From the NCBI GenBank assembly GCA_965153285.1, contig OZ229117.1: a stretch of DNA of 64,000 nucleotides; one strand, given 5' to 3'. Of this stretch, positions 61,895 through 64,000 are shown piece after piece; the first letter of the stretch is position 1, and the number at the start of each line of letters is the position of its first letter. A model generated the notes under the pieces. It saw only the letters and a list, made by a program, of their open reading frames with translations, was not told where the DNA came from and did not search any database. The translations under genes were made by a program, and so were the position numbers. This DNA comes from Podarcis tiliguerta. Its lineage: Eukaryota.

Positions 61895-63040
61895 CGGGGG
61901 GGGCACTAGGGGGCGCATTGAAAGATGGCCGACAATACCATCTCTCCGACCCACACAGGGTAATTAAGAGGCTGTTATGGGAGTAGGCAGCCTCCCTTGT
62001 TGCCCCAAGGAAATGGGGAACACTGCCCTTGCCTGCTGTGCCCATAAATCACCCCCTAATTCGAAAGAAGGGGGTGAGGGCCCTAGGCAGAATGCCCCCG
62101 TGTGGACCTCGGCTCTCCTGGACGCTGTCTCTGATCGCGCACTAGTTGCAGCAATTTGGAATAATTAATTACAAAAGAAGCAAATGCACATATTTCAAGT
62201 GAAGAAGGGGAGTGAAGTCTGCTAATTTAAGTGACCTCTGCGAAAGAAGATGACGGGCTGGAGAAACAGGAATATTTTACGATGAAGATACACCAAAGGG
62301 CGGGGTATGTTGACAACGGGCTGAATGGGGGGGGGACCTTTTTTACTTTCCTTCTATGTGATTTACAAGAACCCCTCCTCATTAGAACCGTCGGTTGAAC
62401 TGACCCAAGCAGGATGATTAAGGTCTGTGTGGAGATAAACTTTAACCAAAAGTATGCTTTATGGAGACCGAGAAGCAATAAGAGCTTCTGGGAATGGGGC
62501 AGCAATTAATTCGGAGTCGCCATCTTGCCAAAGGATTTATAGCCGGGAGGAAGAACGGATTTGTTTTCAGACTGCATTCCTAGTGAATCTCCTCAGAGGT
62601 TTTGAGAAAGGAGGCAGATTGGTGAAGACTAATGACGCTAAGACTGTTTTGATGTATGGAAGTGATGTTATATGGAAAACATCTGGATATGGCTACTGGA
62701 TAAAAAAAATAATATCCACGCAGGATTACAAACTGTTCTAACCAGCTTGCGGAGACTATCAGAGGTCACAAAGAGAAAGGAAAAATATATGAAAATAACA
62801 ACAAGAGATGTGGAAAAATAATAAGAAAGGACTGGATAGTACTGTGAACATCATAAGGTTAGATTTGTGGACATTAAAACAGCAGTAAGAAGTAAGAAGT
62901 TGATTGGATCCCTTCGGAACTTGAAATATGGGTACCCCTAAAAAAAAATTAAAATTCGGCTGTGTAATTTGGAATTTATGTAATTTAGTTTGATTTGATG
63001 TGATTGGTCGGTTAATAAAAAAATATTCTTAAAAAAACCC
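61895..63040 (+). mobile_element. Complete short non-autonomous L1-like retroelement (1146 bp)
   Basis: Perfect 16-bp TSD CAAAAAGGAATTAGAA (61879-61894 and 63041-63056), 5' G-run, YY1-type AAGATGGCCG at 61922-61931, AATAAA at 63014-63019 with A-rich tail. No RT ORF. Confidence 0.85.
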
Positions 63041-64000
63041 CAAAAAGGAATTAGAATGAATTATCTAATTAAGCATACATTTCACAACAGATCACTGGGG
63101 TCAGGTGGCATCAACCCAAAAGGTGAATGGGACTGGAAGACAGCCAAACACAGCACCCATTTTTCTTTTTTTTAACAAAAGAAAACTGAGGAGGAATCCA
63201 GAAAGTCCAAGGCAAACATCTAGACAACAGAATTAAGCCGGATGAGATTTCATCCTGTGGTGAAAGTCTTGCTCCATCATAATGCACCAAGAGAAGTGGT
63301 GGACGGGAGGAATGAGCAGGTAGCATTTCCTAAGGAAAGGAGTCAGCAGTGTCATTTCAGAGAAGCCCTGAGCGCAGATCTCAGCGTCTTCCTGCCTTAC
63401 TTTGTGGACCACCATGGCTGGCCTAGAGCGCTGGCAGCTTAGCACTGAAGGGCCAAAGAACTGCTAATTATTACTAAATCCAATACTAAGGGGTGCTTGA
63501 GACTCAGGCCACTGGGGGTGGGGGGTGGGGTGGAAGGAATGCAGTAAGATTAGAAAGAAGTTTAAGGGGCTGTGAGCACAACCACAACCACACACCTATA
63601 ATCCCTCATTGCCTCTGGTACTCTTTGCTCGCTTCTGGCTGGTGTCTGGAGAACATTTTCAGGGCCCAGCTACAGTGGTGGAGGGTGGCAGGAAGCCCTG
63701 TGGAGCAAAAAATCTTCCTAGCAAGGGCCCCCTGTTTGATGCAGCAGATGATGTAAATAACTCACCCACCCCTGGCCAAGAGTCATAAAAGCAATGGGAA
63801 CCTGTGCATAGCTGCCTCCATTTTGGCTGCAGTTAGTAATTAATACAACTCTTGCCTGTCCTTTCCTGCACATTGGCAATGCTGGGGGTGGGAGGATTGG
63901 AGTTCCTGAAAAGGACAGCAGGGGTCTCCCTCAGCCTTTGCAAGCTCTGCCTCGGCCGTTCCCCCACACCCCACCGCATCTACTGCATAATTTCAAAATG

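Overview
GC-rich, gene-dense vertebrate genomic DNA, very likely from a squamate (probably lacertid) lizard, judged from a Sauria SINE, a Bov-B fragment, tRNA-derived SINEs and CAGTGGTACC-type MITEs. I reconstructed exon chains by hand using GT-AG boundaries and frame. Gene order: COG8(-, 3' end outside window) <> NIP7(+) >< TMED6(-), a decayed L1, TERF2(-) <> DHODH(+), DHX38(+) >< PMFBP1-like coiled-coil gene(-), then a gene-free stretch with enhancer-like AT-rich blocks and transposons. Main observations: (1) TERF2 has lost the intron between human exons 2 and 3 together with 12 coding nt. This deletes GENL in the TRFH loop next to an F120->I change at the YxLxP client-docking residue. (2) TERF2 and DHODH are head-to-head 1.2 kb apart, unlike human, and HP and TXNL4B are absent between DHODH and DHX38. 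(3) A complete 1.15-kb non-autonomous L1-like unit has a perfect 16-bp TSD. (4) Some phase-0 exons at the 5' end of the PMFBP1-like gene appear to be decaying. All comparisons to human/chicken are from recall, not from searches.
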